Source: a virus
Taxonomy: Duplodnaviria; Heunggongvirae; Uroviricota; Caudoviricetes
Direction: 5' to 3' (one strand)
Virus record (IMG/VR): IMGVR_UViG_3300027710_000010
Location: 181,763 to 245,762 of that record
Length of the DNA stretch: 64,000 nucleotides
Both the position numbers and the translations under genes were made by a program. The notes under the pieces were generated by a model. It did not search any database. It had not been told where the DNA came from and saw only the letters and a list, made by a program, of their open reading frames with translations. Numbering within the stretch: the first letter of the stretch is position 1; the number at the start of each line of letters is the position of its first letter. Below are positions 19,048 through 27,963 of this stretch, piece after piece.

Positions 19048-22000
19048 TTATAGACCTGCTATTTCGCCAGTGTTCTTTAGGCGTAATGGAATGTAGATGA
19101 ACTCAACAGCTTTGACCGGTTCAATGGCCACATCAACATACAATTCGTTTCTATCGATTCTAGAAGGAGTATTGTTACTTTCATCGCAAACTACAATGTA
19201 GTCATACAATGCACGTTGTCCCACTAATTCTAGCATCAAGCTCTCAACCGCAGTTTTGATTTCATCACGAGTAATTTTATCGTTTGGTTCAAAAATGTAT
19301 GGCTTAGCAAGGATACTTAATTGTCTACGTAAGTAAATTACTAGACGTGCTACGTTAATACGATCTAATGCACTTGCATTTCTTGCACGAGTCTTCTGAC
19401 CATAGTTAACAAGGCCTACACCTGTTAAGAATGTAATTGGATTAACTTTAACATCATACAATGTATCACGTTGACCGTTGTTCAATGCCACTGCTGTGAA
19501 CTCGCCTTCGCTGTCAATAAAGCCAACTGCTGTTGCGTTAGTAATACCACCACGACGTGTTCCTGCTGGAGCAAACCATGGATAGCTTACGTTATCGCTC
19601 AATGCGATTGTACGTAACATCATGTGGCTTGGAGGAACAACAATGTTATTTCCAAAGTTGTCACTTGTGTAACCCCATGGATAGAACATGGCCATGTACT
19701 CGTCAAAGCTGGCTGCGCCTAAGTCATTGTCTTCAAGTGCTAATGCGGCATTGTTGCCCCAGTTGCTCAAACTTGTTGCATCACTTGTTAAACGAGCAGG
19801 AGTATCACCAACAACGAACGCTGTTAATCCGCGATCATAGTTAAGTGTAATCATTTCGCCAATTAGCTCAGGATAACCTGGGCAAGCAATTAAGTTGAAC
19901 ACACGTTGTTCTTCTTCACGAATTTCTTGGTTACTATTTGTTAGTGCTTGTAATTTTTGTACAATAACTTTACGTTGTGCTTTACGACCAAATGTACCTG
20001 AACCATCTTCTTGGTTACCAGCTTCGCTTACCCAACGGTGTGGATAGTAGTCGGCCATTGAAACATTGTTCATGCGGATGTTATCTGCATTCACGTCAAC
20101 TGCATTACGTACAAATCGTTTAACGTTAAATCCTGAACGACGTAAGTTCCATAGCAACATACCTTTTGGATATAGTGCTGGATCTGGAGCATCAAAGTCC
20201 AAGTAGTCACTTGTTAATAAATCAACAATTAGACCAGCCTCATCGCTGTTTGAACCGCTAGTGTTGTAACGTGCATCAGCAAATAAGATACCATCTTCTG
20301 TGCTTTGATCTGCTTTGTTTACTAGGATCCACTTTAGTAAAGTGCCATCGTATTTGTAAATTGTTGGATAGTTTTCAGTATCGCTAGTGTCAACCCATAA
20401 GTCGCCATTCTTCAATGCTGTACCATCGCTTTGTGTTTCTGGTTCTGTGGCAGCTACAATTGGACCTTCTGGATCTGTTTTGTCTGTTGATGAACCTGCA
20501 TAGAATGGACTTGTAGCTGATTGATAACCAACCCATGTCTCGCCGTCATGTACCATAACGTCTACTTCATCAACAATGCTGTTGTACCATAATGTACCGT
20601 CTGCTGTCAAGCTAGATGGTGCTGTGCCGCCTGCTGTTAATGCCAATGGCTCCCATAAACTAGCAATAAAGTCATTTGCATCAGCTACTGGAGCAGTATA
20701 CAAGTTAACAGTACCTTGTTGGTTAATAGGATTGTAAGCTGTAAACCCAGCTAGTGATAGCGGAGTACCGCCAGCATCTGCTAGTCTAAATTCACCACCT
20801 TTTGTATGGCTAATAACTACACGATTTTGTGCATCAACATCTGCTACAATATTTGTAAAGCCTGCTGAGTTAATTGCCGCTGCCATTAAATCAGCATCGC
20901 CACTTGTACCCAATGCTGTAAAACTAACTGTAACTGCCGCATTCAATGCAAGTTGAGCAGTAATGCTTTCTTGAATTGCAAAGCTCTTTGTGCCAGCTGT
21001 GATCTGTGTTGTGACCTTGTCTGATTTGACGATTGTAGCACCAGTAGAGATTTTTCTAAAAATCTTATAGTCAGCAGTTCTTGGTGTTGCGTCTGAACCG
21101 TTGTCTTCAAATGCATTAGTCTTCACATAAATTGCACCTGCGGCAATGTTTAATCCGCCGCCTGCTTTGTCTAATGCGTAAATTGCTGCCTGTCCGTTTG
21201 CGTACAATGGAGCATTTACTGCCTCAAATGAGTCAGTTGCTGAGTTGTAACGTTTTACACGGAATCTTGCACCTGCATTTGGTTCAGTTGTCTTAACCCA
21301 TACGCTACCTGTTGGTCGTGCGCTGAATCCAGTAACTTGTCCAGCATTGTCAGTTCTCTTAAATGCTGGGATTTGTGTATGCGGTTGAATTGCTAATTGT
21401 GGTCCATAGTATGAACCTACTGCAATACCTAATGTAGTCCATGTACCTGGAGTACCACTTACAGCAGTTTCAAATATAACTGGACTTGATTGTGAACTAT
21501 CTTCAGCGTCAGAAGTTAAAATGCCTTCGCTGTAGATTTCTAATTTGCCGTTAACTGCGGCTGCTGAAATACCTGAATCTTGTAAGTTGCTGTTTGCATT
21601 GATCAAGTCTGCAAATCCAGCTACAGTTTCACTGTTTGTTGTTAATGTTTGACCATTAAGTACATATGTACGTCCTGTAGGAACTGTAGGATTTGTTGCT
21701 GTGCCTGTAACAACTGGCCATGATTTTGCCCAATCGTTGCTGCCAACTTTAACCCATGCACCACTCTTATTTTTGTAAAATACAGTGTCTGGAGCTGTGT
21801 AGTCTGTGTTTAAATCGCTTAAACTTACTACAGCGTAGTCGCCAATTGCACCAACACTAGCTTTAGGGAAAGGTGTAGTTGTTGCTGTATCACTATAACC
21901 AACAACTTTTGTTGTGTCAGTGATCACAATAGGTGACTTGGAAATAAATGTCTGACCAGTACCAGTTGCGCTCTTTGCACTTCCGTCCCACTCAAATAGG

Positions 22001-22437
22001 CCGTAAGCTGTATTGTCTGTGTCCAACCAATACGTTCCGTTGCTTGGATCAGCAGCCGGAGCATTTGCACTTGCGTTCAATGAACTTAGGTCAATATCAG
22101 CACGTACTACGTAAGCACGGTTACTAACACCTAACAAACTGTAAGCAGCCTGTAGACCATATTCGTTCTGTTCGCCAGCGTGAATTGGATTGTTGTTTGC
22201 GTCTGTCTTGAAAACAGGATTACCAAAAGTATCAACAAGATCCTTCTGGCTAGTAATTAAATATGTCTTGCCAGCATTGGCTTTTAGCGTTCCTGGAGCT
22301 GTTCCTGTTCCTGCGCCGTTAGCTTTGTTTTCAGCTGTTGCAACAATGATTAAAGGGACTGTTCCTGGAGCGGCAGGGGTATAGAACGACTCGTCTATAA
22401 CTGTTACGCTTACGCCTGGTGATGAAAGTTGTGCCAT
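19048..22437 (-). CDS. gp18: Contractile tail sheath protein (gp18-like, enlarged)
   Basis: N-terminal LSSPGVSVTVIDES; C-terminal WFAPAGTRRG, RDTLY..VNPI, GQKT, ALDRINVARL, FEPND, NNTPSRIDRNEL, PVKAVEFIYI. Confidence 0.95.
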   Translation of the reverse strand: MAQLSSPGVSVTVIDESFYTPAAPGTVPLIIVATAENKANGAGTGTAPGTLKANAGKTYLITSQKDLVDTFGNPVFKTDANNNPIHAGEQNEYGLQAAYSLLGVSNRAYVVRADIDLSSLNASANAPAADPSNGTYWLDTDNTAYGLFEWDGSAKSATGTGQTFISKSPIVITDTTKVVGYSDTATTTPFPKASVGAIGDYAVVSLSDLNTDYTAPDTVFYKNKSGAWVKVGSNDWAKSWPVVTGTATNPTVPTGRTYVLNGQTLTTNSETVAGFADLINANSNLQDSGISAAAVNGKLEIYSEGILTSDAEDSSQSSPVIFETAVSGTPGTWTTLGIAVGSYYGPQLAIQPHTQIPAFKRTDNAGQVTGFSARPTGSVWVKTTEPNAGARFRVKRYNSATDSFEAVNAPLYANGQAAIYALDKAGGGLNIAAGAIYVKTNAFEDNGSDATPRTADYKIFRKISTGATIVKSDKVTTQITAGTKSFAIQESITAQLALNAAVTVSFTALGTSGDADLMAAAINSAGFTNIVADVDAQNRVVISHTKGGEFRLADAGGTPLSLAGFTAYNPINQQGTVNLYTAPVADANDFIASLWEPLALTAGGTAPSSLTADGTLWYNSIVDEVDVMVHDGETWVGYQSATSPFYAGSSTDKTDPEGPIVAATEPETQSDGTALKNGDLWVDTSDTENYPTIYKYDGTLLKWILVNKADQSTEDGILFADARYNTSGSNSDEAGLIVDLLTSDYLDFDAPDPALYPKGMLLWNLRRSGFNVKRFVRNAVDVNADNIRMNNVSMADYYPHRWVSEAGNQEDGSGTFGRKAQRKVIVQKLQALTNSNQEIREEEQRVFNLIACPGYPELIGEMITLNYDRGLTAFVVGDTPARLTSDATSLSNWGNNAALALEDNDLGAASFDEYMAMFYPWGYTSDNFGNNIVVPPSHMMLRTIALSDNVSYPWFAPAGTRRGGITNATAVGFIDSEGEFTAVALNNGQRDTLYDVKVNPITFLTGVGLVNYGQKTRARNASALDRINVARLVIYLRRQLSILAKPYIFEPNDKITRDEIKTAVESLMLELVGQRALYDYIVVCDESNNTPSRIDRNELYVDVAIEPVKAVEFIYIPLRLKNTGEIAGL

Positions 22438-22470
22438 TGTATGGTCTCTCCTAAGATTCTTCTTCTAAAG

Positions 22471-22476
22471 TATTTA
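22471..22476 (-). promoter_or_regulatory. Late promoter core TAAATA for the sheath gene
   Basis: CTAAATA followed by a leader containing an AGGAG SD. Confidence 0.6.
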
Positions 22477-22551
22477 GTGTAATTTGGAGAAAAGGTTGTG
22501 CTTATCCGCCTAAAAAAGGCACGATAAAGGCCTGGTTTATTTAAATACAGT

Positions 22552-22887
22552 ATGAGACCACTATGTTTGTGCGGACAACGACCAGCCGCAGTTAATTATC
22601 GCAAGTCAGGTAAAATCTATTACCGAAAACTTTGCAATCACTGTATAAGGAATGGGGTAAATGCCGGAGTGCCTAGATGGCAACGTGCTGGATACAAATT
22701 AAAAACCACATGTGATAAATGTGGTTTTAAAAGTATTCATAAAGAAGTTTTTGCTGTGTTTCATGTGGACGGCGATTTAAACAACTGCCGTCCTAACAAT
22801 CTTAAGACGGTATGTGCAAACTGTCAGCGTGTCCTGCATAAAGAGGGAGTTCAATGGAGACAGGGTGATCTTGTACCAGACCTTTAA
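22552..22887 (+). CDS. Small Cys-rich HNH-like protein (possibly degenerate)
   Basis: CDKC...VFHVDGDLNNCRPNNLKTVCANCQ; TAAATA 4 nt before the ATG. Confidence 0.7.
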   Translation: MRPLCLCGQRPAAVNYRKSGKIYYRKLCNHCIRNGVNAGVPRWQRAGYKLKTTCDKCGFKSIHKEVFAVFHVDGDLNNCRPNNLKTVCANCQRVLHKEGVQWRQGDLVPDL

Positions 22888-23482
22888 CCTGAGAAAACAA
22901 TGTGTCGATAGTTCCGTTATTGTCTAACTCAGCATCAAATTCTGTACCAATCCAACTCCATTCACTAGCGTGAATTTTCTTCATCTTTAACTCATTACTG
23001 GCAACATTACTGCCCTTGTTAGCTTCAACAGCAATGTCATACCATTCAGGCAATGGACCACGCTGGACCCAAACAATTTTACCACCAGCATTTTTAATAC
23101 TGGAGATTTCATTAGGGAAACGACAATCGCTAATAACGATCTCATCTCGGCTGTTACGGAGTTTATTTTCTAAGCTGGCAATCCAAATGTCATCATGGAA
23201 TGCTCGACGGCATACTTCTGTGCCCCAATATTGCAGTACCCATCGTGGAGTTAAGTTAGGCATGTCTAAACGTGCCGCCCACCATGGATCTACTTGTTCT
23301 CGCCATTCGCGGGCTTCTTTTGTGCGCCCTTCTAGCATTGTTCGGTCCCAACCAAAGACTGCTGACACAGCATCTTTTAGCGTGTTGGCAAAGGACTCTC
23401 GTCTAAAACCGTGGAAATTTGTAAGATAATCAGCAATAGTGTCCTTGCCTGATCCGATAAATCCGCATACCCCTATAATCAT
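22802..23482 (-). CDS. Deoxynucleoside monophosphate kinase (T4 gp1-like)
   Basis: IIGVCGFIGSGKDT P-loop, SFANTLK, TPRWVLQYWGTE, ISDCRFPNE, HASE, NNGT; GGAGG SD. Confidence 0.92.
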   Translation of the reverse strand: MIIGVCGFIGSGKDTIADYLTNFHGFRRESFANTLKDAVSAVFGWDRTMLEGRTKEAREWREQVDPWWAARLDMPNLTPRWVLQYWGTEVCRRAFHDDIWIASLENKLRNSRDEIVISDCRFPNEISSIKNAGGKIVWVQRGPLPEWYDIAVEANKGSNVASNELKMKKIHASEWSWIGTEFDAELDNNGTIDTLFSQVKGLVQDHPVSIELPLYAGHADSLHIPS

Positions 23483-23505
23483 ATAGCCTCCGTAAGATAC
23501 TATAT

Positions 23506-23532
23506 ATTATAGAATTATCAAGTCTTTGTCAA
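23506..23532 (-). promoter_or_regulatory. Putative sigma70 promoter for the dNMP kinase gene
   Basis: TTGACA with TAATAT at 17-nt spacing (TATAAT at 15 nt). Confidence 0.45.
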
Positions 23533-23536
23533 GACT

Positions 23537-23914
23537 TTATACGCCGTATTTGTTCTTTTTGACTTTTGCAACTGCGCTGGTTTTATTGGTATCTTCCAAT
23601 TCCAAACTGTTCATATTGCCCTTGTTTAGGTCTTTATGACTAGCGCCAACTGCTTTGTATGCTTGCTTGAGCATTGCTTGCTCTTCTTTGGTGTAAGGAT
23701 GTGCTGACTTCTTTTTGCCAATCCAACTCTTACCTTGCATTTCAATAGGATCTTTACCATTAGCTCCTGCAACTGCCATGCCCAAGCGATAAGATGTATA
23801 ATCCCCGCTGACTTTTTCCCCATCACCAAACGTATTCAAACCCGCAGTTGATTGCGATTGTCGTTTGGTAATTTTCTTTTCAGTTGCTTCAGAAATGACT
23901 TCTAATATTTTCAT
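23537..23914 (-). CDS. Small basic hypothetical protein, possible internal head protein
   Basis: N-terminus MKILEVISEA, Lys-rich; co-transcribed with gp13. Confidence 0.7.
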   Translation of the reverse strand: MKILEVISEATEKKITKRQSQSTAGLNTFGDGEKVSGDYTSYRLGMAVAGANGKDPIEMQGKSWIGKKKSAHPYTKEEQAMLKQAYKAVGASHKDLNKGNMNSLELEDTNKTSAVAKVKKNKYGV

Positions 23915-23916
23915 AA

Positions 23917-24687
23917 TTATCCGATTACTAGTGTGTAGCCAGTTCCGCCAGCCACATACATTTCTAATTCTTTATCTAACTTTTCAAGCTCTTCTTTACC
24001 AGCTGCCTTTAAGTCACTGCCGTTTAAGCCGCCAGCGCCGCCTGGACCAGCAATGTTAGCAAACTTGCCACGAGCTTCTCCTAGCATGATTTTACAAGTT
24101 GCTAGAGTATGATCTTTAAACCACTGTCCTGCATACAAATCCTGCAATAGTATATAGTCTGGACGATGGTTGTAACCGCGAATCATTACCTGTTCGCCCT
24201 CGGCATACGGTCTTTGTAAAATACGCAAGGTATGTGTAGTTGGGATCCACTGGAATTCAATGTAGGCTCCAAACATACGTCCAACCATTTCTTGATATTG
24301 AGCAAACATATCATACGTTGCAATGCCGCCCAGCATTGTACTGTTGAGCAAATAGGTGTTTGTGTAGGCCAAGTTGAATGGTTCAAACTGTGTTCCACCC
24401 GATCCGCCAGCTGTTCTACTACCAATAGTTCTGCGGAAAATGCTACGAACTTCGATAATTTCGTCAGGTAATCTGTAGTCGTTTGTGTCTTGTTTTAGTT
24501 CTAAGAAATAGTATGCTTCTTCAACTGCACCACTACTGCGTTGGCGATATCGTGCTAGAGCACGGTTTAGGGCTGTTTCATAATGCTTGGGATCTAACTC
24601 AACATCGACCATACCGTCGCCCAGCATGGTGCGAACGTAATCATAAACTTTTTCTCTTTCTGCTAGATTGGTGCTGGGATTAGACAT
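23917..24687 (-). CDS. gp13: Neck protein (gp13-like)
   Basis: MLGDGMVDVELD; C-terminal LGEARGKF..PGG..LNG pattern. Confidence 0.8.
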   Translation of the reverse strand: MSNPSTNLAEREKVYDYVRTMLGDGMVDVELDPKHYETALNRALARYRQRSSGAVEEAYYFLELKQDTNDYRLPDEIIEVRSIFRRTIGSRTAGGSGGTQFEPFNLAYTNTYLLNSTMLGGIATYDMFAQYQEMVGRMFGAYIEFQWIPTTHTLRILQRPYAEGEQVMIRGYNHRPDYILLQDLYAGQWFKDHTLATCKIMLGEARGKFANIAGPGGAGGLNGSDLKAAGKEELEKLDKELEMYVAGGTGYTLVIG

Positions 24688-24704
24688 TATTAGTTCTCCA
24701 TGTA

Positions 24705-24724
24705 TATTTAGCTGCCGATAAATA
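24705..24724. promoter_or_regulatory. Back-to-back divergent late promoters
   Basis: TAAATA on minus (24710-24705) and on plus (24719-24724), between gp13 and gp14. Confidence 0.65.
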
Positions 24725-24731
24725 TACTACT

Positions 24732-25901
24732 ATGCCAAGACTAAGTTTATTTAAACCCGAAAAGGGTAACGATTACAAATTTATTGACCGTCAAATTAGC
24801 GAAATGTTTGCTATTGGTGGTACTGATTTGTATCTGCACAAGTATTTGGGCGCCAATACCGACGAAGCTAATGCTACTGCGGATCAGCCCCACTATGATG
24901 TACTAAAAGAAACAAATATTCAAGATTTGTTATTTTTAGAAAATCGCGATAGGAAATATGATCCTAGCATTTATCGAGTTCGCGGCATTTATAATGTACA
25001 AAATTTAGACTTTAACCTTAGTCAGTTTGGATTGTTCATAGACAATGATACAATCTTTATGACTGTACATATTAATGATTGGATTAAACATGTTGGGCGT
25101 AAGCCGTTAACTGGCGATGTATTTGAAGTTCCACATTTACGTGATGAGTTTGCATTAAATGATTACATGATGGCATTGCCAAGATATTTTGTTATTGAAG
25201 ATGTCAGTCGTGCAAGTGAAGGGTTTAGCCAAACTTGGTATCCACATTTATATAGACTCAAACTTAAGAAAGTAACAGACAGTCAACAGTATGCTGACAT
25301 ACTTAATCAACCAGCACTTGATGCCAACGGTGATCCAACAGATCAAACACTGCGTGATATATTAAGCACTAAGGCTAAAGAGTTAGAAATTAATGATGCT
25401 ATACTGGCGCAGGCAGAAGCAGATGCTCCTAAGAGTGGATATGAAACTCAACAGTTCTTTACACTGGCTGCTGATCCTAATACCGGCAAACCCACGTTAA
25501 GAACTGCTGATCAAACAGAAATAGATGCAAGTCAAATGAGTCCAGATGCCAGTGCTATTCACGGACGTGCAGTACGTAGTGGGTATACTGGCTACTTGTT
25601 AGGTGATGGAGTTCCAGCTAACGGCGTTGAGTTTGGACATGGCATACAATTTCCGCCAACAGCCCACTTAAACGATTATTTTTTACGTACAGACTTTATG
25701 CCCAATAGATTATTCCGCTATGATGGCACACGTTGGGTTAAGACAGAAGATGCTGTACGTATGACTATGACTAATAATGATACTCGTCAAACACAGAAGA
25801 CCAGTTTCATTAACAATACAACAACTAATAACATTGCTGGCGAGGTCGTTGAAGAAAGACAAGCACTAAGCAAAGCACTAAAACCTAAGGCAGATCTATA
25901 A
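24732..25901 (+). CDS. Neck / head-closure protein (gp14-like, extended)
   Basis: LSQFGLFI, RKPLTGDVFEVP, YFVIEDV; position between gp13 and gp15. Confidence 0.65.
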   Translation: MPRLSLFKPEKGNDYKFIDRQISEMFAIGGTDLYLHKYLGANTDEANATADQPHYDVLKETNIQDLLFLENRDRKYDPSIYRVRGIYNVQNLDFNLSQFGLFIDNDTIFMTVHINDWIKHVGRKPLTGDVFEVPHLRDEFALNDYMMALPRYFVIEDVSRASEGFSQTWYPHLYRLKLKKVTDSQQYADILNQPALDANGDPTDQTLRDILSTKAKELEINDAILAQAEADAPKSGYETQQFFTLAADPNTGKPTLRTADQTEIDASQMSPDASAIHGRAVRSGYTGYLLGDGVPANGVEFGHGIQFPPTAHLNDYFLRTDFMPNRLFRYDGTRWVKTEDAVRMTMTNNDTRQTQKTSFINNTTTNNIAGEVVEERQALSKALKPKADL

Positions 25902-27532
25902 TGCAATTTTTCTATGATGGTCAGATAAGACGATACCTATTGCAAACAATTCGTTTGTTAAGCAACTTTGTTGTAAAATATGGTGATGGAACTCTTTCCC
26001 GTGTGCCTGTTATGTATGGAGATAGCGATAGACAAGTAGCTAACATTACTCGTCAAAACAGTGAAAACAAAATAAACAGTACGCCGCGTATTGCTGTTTA
26101 TATCACAGATTTACAATTGGACCGCGAAAGATTGGGCGACGCTACACACATTGATAAGGTGCATATCAGAGAACGAGACATTGAAGATGGGGCATATACT
26201 AGTAGTCAGGGTAAGAATTATACTGTTGAACGTATCATGCCAACGCCATTTAAGCTGACCTTAAAAGCAGACATATGGGCAGGTAGTGCTGAACAAAAAT
26301 TACAAATTTTAGAACAAATTTTAATGTTGTTTAATCCAAGTTTAGAAATACAAACTACAGACAACTACTTAGACTGGACCAGTTTAAGTGTAGTAAACTT
26401 GACCAATATGACTTTTAGTAATCGTCAAATTCCAGTTGGCAACGACAGTAACATCGACATTGCTACACTGACATTTGACATGCCAATTTGGATTAGTCCG
26501 CCTAGTAAAGTTAAAACATTGGGTGTTGTTACTAACATTATCATGGGCATGTACAAGGGCAACAGTTCAAGTACATATGGATATATTGATGGCTTAGGTG
26601 TTGATTATGTCGAAGGTAATCCTAATTTAAGTGATGTATTGAGCACAGCAAGAGCAAGTATTGATAATTTTGGCATTACAGTTCATGGTGGTAGTGCTAT
26701 GATTTTAGATGCTGGAGAAAATGTCACATATACCAATAATAATTCATTATATGTCAGTGTCAAAAATGGGTCAGACATTAACTGGCGTATAATTTTAGAT
26801 CAATATCCCGGGCAATTTAGACCAGGAGTTAGTAGACTTTTTCTTATACAAGAAGACGGAACAGAAGTCAGTGGGACGTCAGTGCTTAACCCACTTGACG
26901 AAACTGTACTAACAATCAGCTGGGATTCAGATACATTTCCAAATAACACAGATATCGCTAGTTTAAACAGACCCAATAGTTTAGGAACTTTTGATGCTAT
27001 TGTTGATCCAGAAAAAAGCGGACCAGGTGCTGGATTAGACTTGCCTTCAGTAGGCACACGCTACTTGATTATTAATAATATTGGTGGCGGGATTAGAGAA
27101 ACATTAGTTGCTGATGGCCGTAGTAATCGTATTGACACCAACATTGAATTTACTAGAGTATATGACAGTCGTGTGTTAGTTAACAATGCAGAAGTGGCAT
27201 TTACTGCTGTTGATAGCCAAGGCTTGTTGGTATTACGTTTAGCAACACCTGTGCAAATTGATGATATAATCACATATGAACTCTATGTTAACGAAGACGG
27301 TCCTGCCGCTTGGAAAAACTTAGATAACAGTGATTTTATTGCCAACACCAATGACATCATTGAGTGGGATGGAGAAAAGTGGACTGTATTGTTTAATGCA
27401 GAAGCCACAACTGACCAGTTAGTTTACCTTACGAACATATATACTAACGTCCAATACAAGTGGAATGGCGTGCAATGGCGCAAATCATTTGAGGGCGAAT
27501 ATGCTAGGGGTTTATGGAGACTGGAACTTTAA
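25901..27532 (+). CDS. Tail sheath stabiliser / terminator (gp15-like) with C-terminal extension
   Basis: FFYDGQIRRY, VPVMYGD, PTPFKL, LQILEQILMLFNP, TLTFDMPIWISPP. Confidence 0.8.
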   Translation: MQFFYDGQIRRYLLQTIRLLSNFVVKYGDGTLSRVPVMYGDSDRQVANITRQNSENKINSTPRIAVYITDLQLDRERLGDATHIDKVHIRERDIEDGAYTSSQGKNYTVERIMPTPFKLTLKADIWAGSAEQKLQILEQILMLFNPSLEIQTTDNYLDWTSLSVVNLTNMTFSNRQIPVGNDSNIDIATLTFDMPIWISPPSKVKTLGVVTNIIMGMYKGNSSSTYGYIDGLGVDYVEGNPNLSDVLSTARASIDNFGITVHGGSAMILDAGENVTYTNNNSLYVSVKNGSDINWRIILDQYPGQFRPGVSRLFLIQEDGTEVSGTSVLNPLDETVLTISWDSDTFPNNTDIASLNRPNSLGTFDAIVDPEKSGPGAGLDLPSVGTRYLIINNIGGGIRETLVADGRSNRIDTNIEFTRVYDSRVLVNNAEVAFTAVDSQGLLVLRLATPVQIDDIITYELYVNEDGPAAWKNLDNSDFIANTNDIIEWDGEKWTVLFNAEATTDQLVYLTNIYTNVQYKWNGVQWRKSFEGEYARGLWRLEL

Positions 27533-27963
27533 AAGATCGTATTGTTTGTAGTGGAGCATTATTTTATGCTCGTAATACGGGACGTATACTGTTACTACAA
27601 AAACAACACGGAAAACATTCTGGGACTTGGGGATTAGTTGGTGGAACTAATGACCTCGGGGAAAGTGCATGGCAAGGTCTTCAACGTGAAATCAACGAAG
27701 AAGTAGGTAGTCCACCCAACATACTTAAAACAATGCCATTAGAAACATTTGTATCTAATGACAGTGTGTTTAATTTTCATACGTATTTGTGCGTAGTACA
27801 AGACGAATTTGTACCAGTATTAAGTGACGAGCACTGTGCTTGGGCATGGAGTACTATCGATGGCGCACCTAAACCATTACATCAAGCACTGCGTAGTAGC
27901 TTTGGCAATAGAGCCATGCGTACTAAACTGCAAACTGTTTTTGATGTAATGGATTTAATTTAA
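27514..27963 (+). CDS. Nudix hydrolase
   Basis: Nudix box GGTNDLGESAWQGLQREINEEVG. Confidence 0.9.
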   Translation: METGTLKDRIVCSGALFYARNTGRILLLQKQHGKHSGTWGLVGGTNDLGESAWQGLQREINEEVGSPPNILKTMPLETFVSNDSVFNFHTYLCVVQDEFVPVLSDEHCAWAWSTIDGAPKPLHQALRSSFGNRAMRTKLQTVFDVMDLI

